Shown here: one piece after another, positions 39,408 through 47,530 of the stretch | Position numbering within the stretch: position 1 is the first letter of the stretch | Layout: every line of letters starts with the position of its first letter | DNA from: Gemmatimonadota bacterium | GTDB lineage: Bacteria > Gemmatimonadota > Gemmatimonadetes > Gemmatimonadales > GWC2-71-9 | Direction of reading: 5' to 3' | DNA: 64,000 nt | NCBI GenBank assembly: GCA_031394255.1 | Contig: JANMXA010000042.1 | Location: 25,505 to 89,504, forward strand | The notes under the pieces: generated by a model | What the model was told of the DNA's origin: nothing | What the model saw: only the letters and a program-made list of their open reading frames with translations | The model's database searches: none | Translations under genes and position numbers: made by a program

Positions 39408-40819
39408 GATGTGGCCCCGATCATCATCGCGCCGATTTCCTCGCGGGACGCTCCGGCCGGGACCGGAAGAACCCGACGCCGGCTGACAACGACCAACCGG
39501 GTGGCGAGCGATAGTACTTCATCGAGGTCGGACGAGTACACGACAACCGCAGCACCGCCCGCTGCGGCCCGCCGGAGTCGTTCATGGACGAACCAGGTTG
39601 CGTGGACGTCCAGGCCACGAGTTGGATTCTCCGCCACGATCACACGGGGTGCCGCCTCGAGTGCCCGGGCGAAGATCATTTTTTGCTGGTTCCCGCCCGA
39701 CAGCGTTCGGGCCGGAAGCTGGGCCCCCGCCGCCCGAATGGAGAATTCACCGAGGAGCTGATCCATTCTCGCCTCGGCTGCTCGCCAGTCAATCAGCGGA
39801 CCTCGGCGCCACCGCTGGTCTCCTGGGAGGCCCAGCACCAGATTTTCCGTCAGGGAGAAGGCAGGGATGAGTCCTTCGGTCGATCGGTCTTCGGGGATGA
39901 ACGCCACTGGCCCAGTGACCTCCGCGCCAATTGCCGGGAGAACACCAGCCAGCCGGCGTAGCAGGTCCCGCTGCCCGTTCCCCTCGATGGCCGCGATGCC
40001 AACGACCTCCCGGCCCCTGATGGACAGACCGTCCACCTGGGCGAGCACCGGACCAAGGGAGCCGGCGGTCTCAATGGTTGCCTCCCGGTCGGCTGTTCCT
40101 ACCATGACCGCCGTCAGACCAATTACGGTCTGCCCTGCCACGGGACCAGTGAACTGCACCCGCCCGCCACGGAGAACCGTCACGCGGTCCATCACGGAGA
40201 AGATCTCGGCCAACTTGTGGGTGATCAGCACGACCGCACCGCCGGCACCAGCGAAATCACGGAGCAGCACGAGCAACTCCGCAACCTCCTGTGGGGCGAG
40301 CACAGCGGTCGGTTCGTCCAGGAGCAAAACGTCACCGCCGACTGCCAAGGCCTGGAGTATCTCGAGTCGCTGTTTCGCCCCGACCGGAAGAGATGAGACG
40401 ATATCGGTCGGCGCCAAACCCTCCCAGAGCCGCCGTCGTAGCCGCGCCGCCGCGGCACCGGTCATCGCCGATCCATCCGGCCGCCCTGCCTCGGCCCCGT
40501 AGCGCCCAGCGGCCAACCAGAGGTTCTCGGCCACGGTCATTTCGGGAATCGACGTGAAGTGCTGGTGAACCATGCCGATCCCGGACCGCTTGGCATCACT
40601 GGGGTCCCGGAACCGGGTCGGCACCCCGCGAACAATGACGCGGCCTGCATCCGGAGCGATCATCCCGAACGCGACGTGCATCAGTGTTGACTTGCCGGCC
40701 CCGTTTTCCCCAAGGAGCCCGTGGACCTCTCCCGGCGCCAGATCAAACGAGACGGAGTCCAGAGCCGCAACGGACCCAAATCGCTTGGAGATGCCTGCGA
40801 GCTCGAGGACCCGGCTCAC
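39404..40819 (-). CDS. ABC transporter ATP-binding protein, duplicated ATPase (sugar/nucleoside type)
   Basis: Walker A GENGAGKST, signature LPVGAKQRLEI, Walker B LLLDEPT, and a second degenerate cassette with LSGGNQQK. Confidence 0.85.
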   Translation of the reverse strand: MSRVLELAGISKRFGSVAALDSVSFDLAPGEVHGLLGENGAGKSTLMHVAFGMIAPDAGRVIVRGVPTRFRDPSDAKRSGIGMVHQHFTSIPEMTVAENLWLAAGRYGAEAGRPDGSAMTGAAAARLRRRLWEGLAPTDIVSSLPVGAKQRLEILQALAVGGDVLLLDEPTAVLAPQEVAELLVLLRDFAGAGGAVVLITHKLAEIFSVMDRVTVLRGGRVQFTGPVAGQTVIGLTAVMVGTADREATIETAGSLGPVLAQVDGLSIRGREVVGIAAIEGNGQRDLLRRLAGVLPAIGAEVTGPVAFIPEDRSTEGLIPAFSLTENLVLGLPGDQRWRRGPLIDWRAAEARMDQLLGEFSIRAAGAQLPARTLSGGNQQKMIFARALEAAPRVIVAENPTRGLDVHATWFVHERLRRAAAGGAAVVVYSSDLDEVLSLATRLVVVSRRRVLPVPAGASREEIGAMMIGATS

Positions 40820-41598
40820 AGACCGGTCGGATGGTGGTGGAACTCCCAGGGAAGGCCGAAGCGGGCAGCGAGATGCGCGGTCAGGGCCTTTACGCCGACC
40901 TGCTCTGTGGCGTAGTGACCGGCATAGATCACATTGACCTCAAGCTCCATGGCGTCGAAGTAGGTATGATGGGCACCCTCGCCGGTGATGAAGGTGTCCA
41001 ACCCCGCGGCCTTGGCGCTCGCAATGCGAGAGCCGGCTCCGCCGGTGATGATGCCCACGCGCCGTGCAGTTTCGGGACCGCCCGGGATGAGCTTGGCCAC
41101 CGTGCCAACGATGGCGTTGATCCGGGACATCAGATCATCCCGCGGTTCCGGTTGCATCAGAACCCCCTGAACCCCAATCGCGACACCCTTGTAGGTATCG
41201 AAAGGCGATCGGTCCGCCAGCCCCAGTTGCTCGGCCATCACGGCATTGTTCCCGAAATCCTGGTGGACATCGAGCGGAATGTGAGCCGAATACAGGGCAA
41301 TGTCATGCTCGAGGAGCGCCCCCAGGCGTCGGTAGCGACGGCCGGTGATCGGCTGATTGCCGTCCCAGAATAACCCATGGTGGACCAGGACCAGCGGGGG
41401 GGCTTCGAATCGGCTCCTCGCCGCAATGACACCGTCGATCGTGGCTTGCGATGCATCAACCGCGGCGACGAATCCACCCACGCGGCCCCGGTTCTCCACC
41501 TGAAGACCATTCACCGCACCAGGTTCGTCCGGGACTTCCCGAATCCGCAGGAGAGCGTCGAGATAGTCCACCACATCGCCGAGGAGTGTACTCGTCAT
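40816..41598 (-). CDS. Nif3-like dinuclear metal centre protein (YbgI/YqfO family)
   Basis: 260 aa. Motifs LVLVHHGLFW, YSAHIPLD and FITGEGAHHTY...YAGHYATE match the Nif3 family. It sits between the binding-protein gene and the ATPase gene. Confidence 0.8.
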   Translation of the reverse strand: MTSTLLGDVVDYLDALLRIREVPDEPGAVNGLQVENRGRVGGFVAAVDASQATIDGVIAARSRFEAPPLVLVHHGLFWDGNQPITGRRYRRLGALLEHDIALYSAHIPLDVHQDFGNNAVMAEQLGLADRSPFDTYKGVAIGVQGVLMQPEPRDDLMSRINAIVGTVAKLIPGGPETARRVGIITGGAGSRIASAKAAGLDTFITGEGAHHTYFDAMELEVNVIYAGHYATEQVGVKALTAHLAARFGLPWEFHHHPTGL

Positions 41599-41604
41599 GT
41601 CGAC

Positions 41605-42579
41605 CTAACGCCCGCCCAGGGGTCGGAGGGTTCCGGCAACAATCGAATCCCGAGCCGCGGTGAGCCGGGCTTTGATGGCCGACGGAATGGACGCCTCGAG
41701 CGCGGCATTGGGCTGATAACGAATCACCCCGCCTTCGAGGCCGAAAGATTCGACCTTGGGAGAAAACCGGCCGGCTTTGACTTCCCGCGCGACGGCAAGG
41801 AAGGCACGGGGAAGATCGATGATGGCCGAGCCGAGCACCCGGTCAGGAGCCAGTGCCGTCTGGTCCGCATTCGCTCCGAACACGAAGACGCCGGGGCTCT
41901 CCTTGGCGGCCTGGAACAATCCCTTGCCCGCTTCGTCCGCATTGTGGTGCAACATGTCGACACCGAGGCGAATCATCGCCAGGGCTGCTTCCCTGCCGGC
42001 GGCCGCGTCGTCAAAACTGTTCAGGTAGGTGATCCGCGTTTCGATCTTGGCGTTCATCGAACGGGCGCCGTTAACCCATCCTTGGTATCCATTGCGAATC
42101 GGCGGCAGCTCGATGCCGCCAACGAAGCCGATCTTCCCCGACTTCGACATCCCGCCGGCGACGATTCCGGCCAGGAACGTCCCCTCCTCCAGCCGGAAGA
42201 TCAGCGGCGCGACGTTGCCCCGGACACGCTCTCCCGACGTAATCACGAATATGACCTTGGGATACTCGACGCTCACCCGCTCGGCCGGCTGTTGGAACTC
42301 GAAGCCATGGCCGAAAACCAGATCGTACCCCTGAGCGGCGTACGCCCTCAGAGCCTCTTCCTGAGCACCTGGCGTGCGCGCTTCCTGATGGCTCACCGCC
42401 AGGCCGAGGGAGTCCTTGATCATTGTGAGGCCGGCGAAGGCACCGGCGTTCCAGGCCGCATCCGCGATAGAGCCGGGCGTGATCAACGCCACCCTCAAAC
42501 CTTTGGCGGGCTCTGGCGCCCGGGCACACGCGGAGGCGACCAAGACTGCGCCGGCGACGAGACAGGTGACGTTAGGCAT
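41605..42579 (-). CDS. BMP family ABC transporter substrate-binding lipoprotein
   Basis: The track ORF 41605-42804 was trimmed to ATG 42579 (MPNVTCLVAGAVLVASACARAP, with a lipobox Cys). The pattern LITPGSIADAAWNAG...GFEF is typical of Bmp/PnrA-like nucleoside binding proteins. Confidence 0.8.
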   Translation of the reverse strand: MPNVTCLVAGAVLVASACARAPEPAKGLRVALITPGSIADAAWNAGAFAGLTMIKDSLGLAVSHQEARTPGAQEEALRAYAAQGYDLVFGHGFEFQQPAERVSVEYPKVIFVITSGERVRGNVAPLIFRLEEGTFLAGIVAGGMSKSGKIGFVGGIELPPIRNGYQGWVNGARSMNAKIETRITYLNSFDDAAAGREAALAMIRLGVDMLHHNADEAGKGLFQAAKESPGVFVFGANADQTALAPDRVLGSAIIDLPRAFLAVAREVKAGRFSPKVESFGLEGGVIRYQPNAALEASIPSAIKARLTAARDSIVAGTLRPLGGR

Positions 42580-42976
42580 TCCTGGCCGCCTGATCCGATT
42601 CCATCCGAATCGCTCCATTGAGCTGACCACCTTCCTGGATGAGGAGACGCGGCGTGACAATGTCCCCCAGAACCCGCGCGGTCGCCTGGACTTCAACCCG
42701 GTCCGTTGCGGAAACGGTGCCATGCACCTCGCCCGCGAGGACGGCTTCCCGGGTCTCGAGGTCTCCCTCGACCACTCCGCCTTGCGTGAGCAGAATCTGA
42801 TCACCCGCGGAGACGTTGCCGGCCACGCGGCCTTCGATCCGAATCACGCCATCGGCCTTGAGATTGCCGGACACAACCATGTCCGACGCTACGATCGACA
42901 CGGCGTGGCCCTCGGCGCGCCGCTTCGCCGGAGCACTGCTGGCGGCCTGAGTACTGGTCGAAAAGATACCCATCAA
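42572..42976 (-). CDS. Bactofilin (polymer-forming cytoskeletal protein, DUF583)
   Basis: 134 aa. The repeated beta-helix pattern (G.L.A.G.IRIEGRV.G.V.A.D.I.L...G.VEGDL....A.L.GEVHG.V.A...V.V...A.V.GDI....L.I.EG) is characteristic. Confidence 0.85.
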   Translation of the reverse strand: MMGIFSTSTQAASSAPAKRRAEGHAVSIVASDMVVSGNLKADGVIRIEGRVAGNVSAGDQILLTQGGVVEGDLETREAVLAGEVHGTVSATDRVEVQATARVLGDIVTPRLLIQEGGQLNGAIRMESDQAARNA

Positions 42977-43767
42977 CGGGGCTCCCGGATCAAGGTCATG
43001 GGATCAATCGAGACCCCATTGTGGCGGATTTCAAGATGCAGATGGGGAGCGGAGGAACGACCGGTATTGCCCGTGCGTCCCAGGACATCCCCTGCACGCA
43101 CTCGGCCACCCTGGGCGGCGACCACGCGAGACAGATGGCCGTACATCGACTGATAGCCATTGGGGTGTTGCAGCAGAACGAAGTGCCCGTATTCACGATC
43201 GTCGCCAACCTGCAGGACAGTGCCTCCGCCCGACGCCCTCACGAGCGCCCCGACCGGTACCGCGACGTCGATTCCCGGGTGCGCCTCCTCGGGAGTTGAG
43301 TCCGCGCCGACTTGACCGCGGGTCCGATAGCCTCGTTCGTCCAGCGGCCAATGCCGCGGGATCGAAGCACCAGACTCATACCGGGGCCGGTTCGAACCGG
43401 GGCCAACCGTGATCGCGGGTGCCACTAGGAGAGGGGACGCCAGCAAGACCGGGTCTGGGGCGATGTCGGCCCCCACCAACGCCCGGAGCTTGCCATATTG
43501 GGCCTCAACGCTGTCGAGGGCGAGCGCCAGCGTGCGGATGCGTTGATTGTCACCCGTCAGCCGTTCAACTTCCCGTTGCAACGCGGGGATTTTGGCCGCT
43601 TGGCGCGCAATAGGCCCGACGTAGGCAAGGCCGAGAACCAGTAGAAGGCCGACGACCACAAGGACCACTACCGCCGCCCGATAGGCCAGCAGCGGAAGAC
43701 GGATGGTGGTGGACGACAGCTCTCCGTCTCGCAGGATGGTAACGGTGACATCCCGGCGTGAGGTCAT
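42973..43767 (-). CDS. M23 family (LytM-domain) peptidoglycan metallopeptidase with N-terminal TM/coiled-coil
   Basis: N-terminal membrane anchor, then a coiled-coil segment. The C-terminal LytM motifs are HPGIDVAVPVG, MYGHLS and HLHLEI. Confidence 0.85.
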   Translation of the reverse strand: MTSRRDVTVTILRDGELSSTTIRLPLLAYRAAVVVLVVVGLLLVLGLAYVGPIARQAAKIPALQREVERLTGDNQRIRTLALALDSVEAQYGKLRALVGADIAPDPVLLASPLLVAPAITVGPGSNRPRYESGASIPRHWPLDERGYRTRGQVGADSTPEEAHPGIDVAVPVGALVRASGGGTVLQVGDDREYGHFVLLQHPNGYQSMYGHLSRVVAAQGGRVRAGDVLGRTGNTGRSSAPHLHLEIRHNGVSIDPMTLIREPR

Positions 43768-44636
43768 CCTCGATACGGCTCTCCGAGCATCACTTCGAGC
43801 AGGCGCGCGAGGTCGTCATTCGAATAGTAGGCAATCGTCACGAACCCCCGCCCCCGTCGGCGGGCCGTGACCCGGACGTCGGTCTGCAGACGCTGGCGCA
43901 ACGCTTCCTCGACCCGCTGGACGTCGGCATTGACCGGCCCCGCCGGCTTCGCCTTCCGTCGGACCGGCCCCTGCCCGCGGACCCGAGCCTCGAGTTCCCG
44001 GACGGACCACCCATGCTCGACGGCCGCCGTGGCAAAACGGCTGATATGGCGATCGTCGGACAGACCGAGCAGAGCACGGGCGTGGCCTTCGGAAAGTGAC
44101 CGCTTCTCCACCAGGCCACGGACCTCCTCGGGCAACTTGAGCAACCGGAGGGTATTCGCCACCGTCGCTCGATCCTTGCCGACCAGACGAGCCACATCGG
44201 ACTGGCTCAGATGAAATTCCTGGACCAGCCGATCGTAGCCCAGAGCTTCATCAATCGGCGTCAGATCGTCCCGTTGCAAGTTCTCGATCAGCGCGAGGGT
44301 CAACAGGGCCTGGTCGTCGACGTCCTTCACCACTACGGGCACCTTCTGCCAGTGAAGCTGCTGGATCGCCCGCCAACGGCGCTCGCCCGCAATGAGTTCG
44401 TAACGACCCGACGGCCTCGGCCGCACGATCAAAGGCTGCAGCAGGCCCGAGGCCGCGATAGAATCAGCCAACTCCTGGAGCGCCGCCGGCTCGAACACCC
44501 GTCGGGGCTGGTAAGGATTGGCATCGATCGAACTGACTGCGATCTCCCGAAGGGCCCCTTGGGCTTCAGCCTGCTCCTTGCTGATCGGCCCAAGCAACGC
44601 TTCGAGACCACGTCCAAGCCGCCGAGATTCGCTCAT
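43764..44636 (-). CDS. parB: Chromosome partitioning protein ParB/Spo0J
   Basis: Contains RLGRGLEALL, NPYQPRR, GLLQPLIVRP, ELIAGERRWRA and an HTH segment. 4-nt overlap with parA. Confidence 0.95.
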   Translation of the reverse strand: MSESRRLGRGLEALLGPISKEQAEAQGALREIAVSSIDANPYQPRRVFEPAALQELADSIAASGLLQPLIVRPRPSGRYELIAGERRWRAIQQLHWQKVPVVVKDVDDQALLTLALIENLQRDDLTPIDEALGYDRLVQEFHLSQSDVARLVGKDRATVANTLRLLKLPEEVRGLVEKRSLSEGHARALLGLSDDRHISRFATAAVEHGWSVRELEARVRGQGPVRRKAKPAGPVNADVQRVEEALRQRLQTDVRVTARRRGRGFVTIAYYSNDDLARLLEVMLGEPYRG

Positions 44637-45430
44637 GCGCCCTCCATCATTGCGGTCGAGCCTCGTTCGGTGCGTTTCAGAAGGTCCTGAGCAACCGCGA
44701 TGTAGCTCTTGGCACCCACCGACTGCACGTCGTACATGAGAATTGGTTTGCCGAAACTGGGAGCCTCCGCGAGTCGAACGTTGCGCGGAATGACCGTCTT
44801 GAAGACCTTGGCCCCGAAATACTCCTTGGCTTCTTGAGCAACCTGTCGACAGAGATTGAGCCGGGCATCGTACATCGTCAACAGGACTCCCTCGATCGCA
44901 AGATCAGGATTGAAATTCTGTTGCACGAGTCGTACGGTGTTGAGCAGCTGGGAAATCCCTTCGAGGGCGTAATACTCGCACTGGATCGGAATGAGAACAC
45001 CACGGGCCGCGGTCAGGACATTCAGAGTGATGAGCCCCAACGACGGCGGACAGTCAATAAGTATGAAATCATATGCCGCATCCAGTGTCCGAAGAGCATC
45101 TCGTAGGCGGGTCTCGCGGTTAGGCAGCCCCACCAGTTCGAGTTCGGCACCAACGAGATCCTGAGTTGAAGGCAACGTCGCAAGAAACGGAAGATCGCGA
45201 TCCGGAACAATCCCGTCAGTAGGGGATCGACCGTCGACGATGACATCGTAGAGCGAGACCCGATCGGTTCCCTTCGGAATACCCACACCACTACTGGCGT
45301 TGGCCTGGGGGTCGGCGTCAATCAGAAGGGTCCGTTGCTCGGCGATCGCGAGCGAGGCGGCGAGATTGACAGCGGTCGTCGTCTTACCGACGCCACCTTT
45401 CTGATTGGCGATCGCAATAATCCGTGCCAT
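44633..45430 (-). CDS. parA: Chromosome partitioning ATPase ParA/Soj
   Basis: Begins MARIIAIANQKGGVGKTTTAVNLA (deviant Walker A). 265 aa. Confidence 0.95.
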   Translation of the reverse strand: MARIIAIANQKGGVGKTTTAVNLAASLAIAEQRTLLIDADPQANASSGVGIPKGTDRVSLYDVIVDGRSPTDGIVPDRDLPFLATLPSTQDLVGAELELVGLPNRETRLRDALRTLDAAYDFILIDCPPSLGLITLNVLTAARGVLIPIQCEYYALEGISQLLNTVRLVQQNFNPDLAIEGVLLTMYDARLNLCRQVAQEAKEYFGAKVFKTVIPRNVRLAEAPSFGKPILMYDVQSVGAKSYIAVAQDLLKRTERGSTAMMEGA

Positions 45431-45534
45431 ATCTCCGCCAAATCGTTGTCAAATAAAGAGATACACGTCAAATCTACAGCAAAATCTGTCCTTAACAGGG
45501 AATATACGCCCGGAACAACACCTTTGCTACGGGT

Positions 45535-45550
45535 TGTTTCACGTGAAACG
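45535..45550. promoter_or_regulatory. parS centromere-like site 1 (TGTTTCACGTGAAACG)
   Basis: A 16-mer containing the perfect palindromic core GTTTCACGTGAAAC. It matches the widely conserved parS consensus tGTTNCACGTGAAAca. It lies in the AT-richer mnmG-parA intergenic region. Confidence 0.85.
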
Positions 45551-45567
45551 GCTGATTCTGAACGTCC

Positions 45568-45583
45568 TGTTCCACGTGAAACA
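45568..45583. promoter_or_regulatory. parS centromere-like site 2 (TGTTCCACGTGAAACA)
   Basis: As far as I recall, this 16-mer is identical to the Bacillus subtilis-type parS sequence. It lies 17 nt from site 1 and 4 nt beyond the mnmG stop codon. Confidence 0.85.
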
Positions 45584-45587
45584 TGTC

Positions 45588-47444
45588 CTACGGCCTGCTA
45601 ATTCTCTGAAGTTCCATAACAATTCCGTGGAGATCGCTCGGCGAGACCCCAGGGATCCGACCGGCCTGACCGAGGGTGGTTGGTCGTATCCGCGAGAGCT
45701 TCTCTCTCGCCTCAGTGGAAATGGCCTGGAAAGCCCCGTAATTTGCGCCCACAGGCAAGGGATAGCCCTCCATTTCGGCGAGTCGGACGGCCATTTCCCG
45801 CTCACGATCGAGGTATCCGGCGTACCGGATTTCGATCGCCGCCCAACGCGTCGTTTCGTGGTCTCTCGGAACACCGGCCATCACTAGCAGGTCGGCCAAA
45901 TCAATGTTCGGTCTCTTTGCCAGCTCCGAGATTCGTGTCGGTTCCACAATTGACGTCTCACCGGCCATCCCAAGCATTCCATTGACCTGATCCGGATGAA
46001 CGGTCGTCGCGGAGGCCAGGTCCATGACCTCCCGCTCGGCCTCAAGCCGACGAGTCACCCGCTCTTCCTCTTCTGTGCCATACAGGCCAAGCGCCGTTGC
46101 AACCGGTGCCAGACGTCGAAGGGCGCTGTCCTGGCGCAGGAGAAGCCTGAACTCGGATCGGGAGGTGAACAAGCGGTAGGGCTCGTCAACGCCTCGTGTG
46201 ACTAGGTCATCAACAAGAACCCCGATGTAGCTCATGGATCGATCAAAGACCACCGGATCCCGTTCAAGTGCCCACGCCGCCGCATTGATGCCGGCGACGA
46301 CGCCTTGGCCGGCAGCCTCTTCGTAACCCGTTGTTCCGTTGATCTGGCCGGCGAAGTACAGGCCCTCCACCTGCCGCACCGCCAAGGTCCGGTCAAGCTG
46401 GGTCGGTTGGAAGTAGTCGTACTCGATGGCATAGCCTGGCCGGGTCATCTCGGCCTGCTCCATCCCTCCAATGGCTCTGAGCAGGCGGAGCTGAACATCA
46501 ACCGGGAGCGATGTGGACAGGCCGTTGACATACATCTCGGCGGTCTCGAGGCCCTCTGGCTCCAGGAAGATCTGGTGTCGGATGGCCCCCGGGAACCGAA
46601 CGATCTTGTCCTCGATTGACGGGCAATACCGTGGCCCTCGGCCGCCGATCGCCCCACCGTACATGGCGGATTCCTGCAAATGCGCCGCGATGATGTCTCG
46701 AAGCGCCTCGGAGGTGTGGGTCAAATAACAAGGCACCTGAATCGGGTGTGCCGGCTCGGCAAAGTGGGAAAACCAATAGGGAGTCGCGTCCCCATCCTGC
46801 CGCTGAAGGCGGGCAAGATCAACGCTCCGTCCGTCAATCCTTGGCGGGGTTCCCGTTTTGAAACGTTCGGTTGTAAGCCCCAATGCGGCAATATCTTGCG
46901 AGATATCCTCAACCGGGGATTCGCCGGCCCGGCCACCGGGAATGACGGTATCGACACCGATGAAGATGCGACCCCGCAGAAAGGTGCCGGCGGTCAGCAC
47001 AACGGCCCGGGCGGCAAACTCACGCCCATCGGCCGTCACAACGCCGTCAACCCGATCTCCCTCGAGCCGAAGACGGGCAACCGTCCCCTGGCGGAAATGA
47101 ACGTTAGGCAGCGCTTCCAGTTCCGTCCGAACCGCCCGACGGTACAGCCCACGGTCGCACTGGGCCCGAGGCGACCAGACCGCCGGCCCTTTCGAACGGT
47201 TGAGCATCCGGAACTGAATCCGAGCCCGATCCGTCGCCCGCCCCATGACCCCGCCAAGCGCATCGACCTCGCGGACGACGGTCCCCTTGGCAATCCCACC
47301 GATCGCGGGATTACATGACATCTGGCCGATCGTCTCGAGGTTCTGGGTCAACAGGAGCGTCCTGGCCCCCGAGCGGGCCGACAACGCGGCCGCCTCGGTC
47401 CCAGCGTGGCCGCCTCCAATCACGATCACATCTGCGCTTTCCAT
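45588..47444 (-). CDS. mnmG: tRNA uridine-5-carboxymethylaminomethyl(34) synthesis enzyme MnmG (GidA)
   Basis: The track ORF 45588-47945 was trimmed to ATG 47444 (MESADVIVIGGGHAGTEAA). Further motifs are SCNPAIGGIAKG and GTTGYEEAAGQG. About 618 aa. Confidence 0.95.
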   Translation of the reverse strand: MESADVIVIGGGHAGTEAAALSARSGARTLLLTQNLETIGQMSCNPAIGGIAKGTVVREVDALGGVMGRATDRARIQFRMLNRSKGPAVWSPRAQCDRGLYRRAVRTELEALPNVHFRQGTVARLRLEGDRVDGVVTADGREFAARAVVLTAGTFLRGRIFIGVDTVIPGGRAGESPVEDISQDIAALGLTTERFKTGTPPRIDGRSVDLARLQRQDGDATPYWFSHFAEPAHPIQVPCYLTHTSEALRDIIAAHLQESAMYGGAIGGRGPRYCPSIEDKIVRFPGAIRHQIFLEPEGLETAEMYVNGLSTSLPVDVQLRLLRAIGGMEQAEMTRPGYAIEYDYFQPTQLDRTLAVRQVEGLYFAGQINGTTGYEEAAGQGVVAGINAAAWALERDPVVFDRSMSYIGVLVDDLVTRGVDEPYRLFTSRSEFRLLLRQDSALRRLAPVATALGLYGTEEEERVTRRLEAEREVMDLASATTVHPDQVNGMLGMAGETSIVEPTRISELAKRPNIDLADLLVMAGVPRDHETTRWAAIEIRYAGYLDREREMAVRLAEMEGYPLPVGANYGAFQAISTEAREKLSRIRPTTLGQAGRIPGVSPSDLHGIVMELQRISRP

Positions 47445-47470
47445 GGCCGAGAACCTACCCCGCCGCCAGC

Positions 47471-47507
47471 AAAACAAAAGGGCGGGGGCCGTGTTCGGCC
47501 CCCGCCC
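47471..47507 (-). terminator. Rho-independent terminator of the ABC-2 exporter operon
   Basis: On the minus strand there is a 12-bp GC stem (GGGCGGGGGCCG / CGGCCCCCGCCC) with a 4-nt loop, followed by TTTTGTTTT. It starts 24 nt after the permease stop. Confidence 0.8.
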
Positions 47508-47530
47508 CCCGCCTTTGAGCTCCCCGGCGA

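Noticed and set aside
45431-45587. The possibility that the AT-richer mnmG-parA spacer is the replication origin.
   Set aside because: I could find no DnaA-box-like 9-mers (TTATCCACA or its complement) or AT-rich 13-mer repeats. dnaA and dnaN are not in the window. Only the parS sites and a probable parA promoter are supported.
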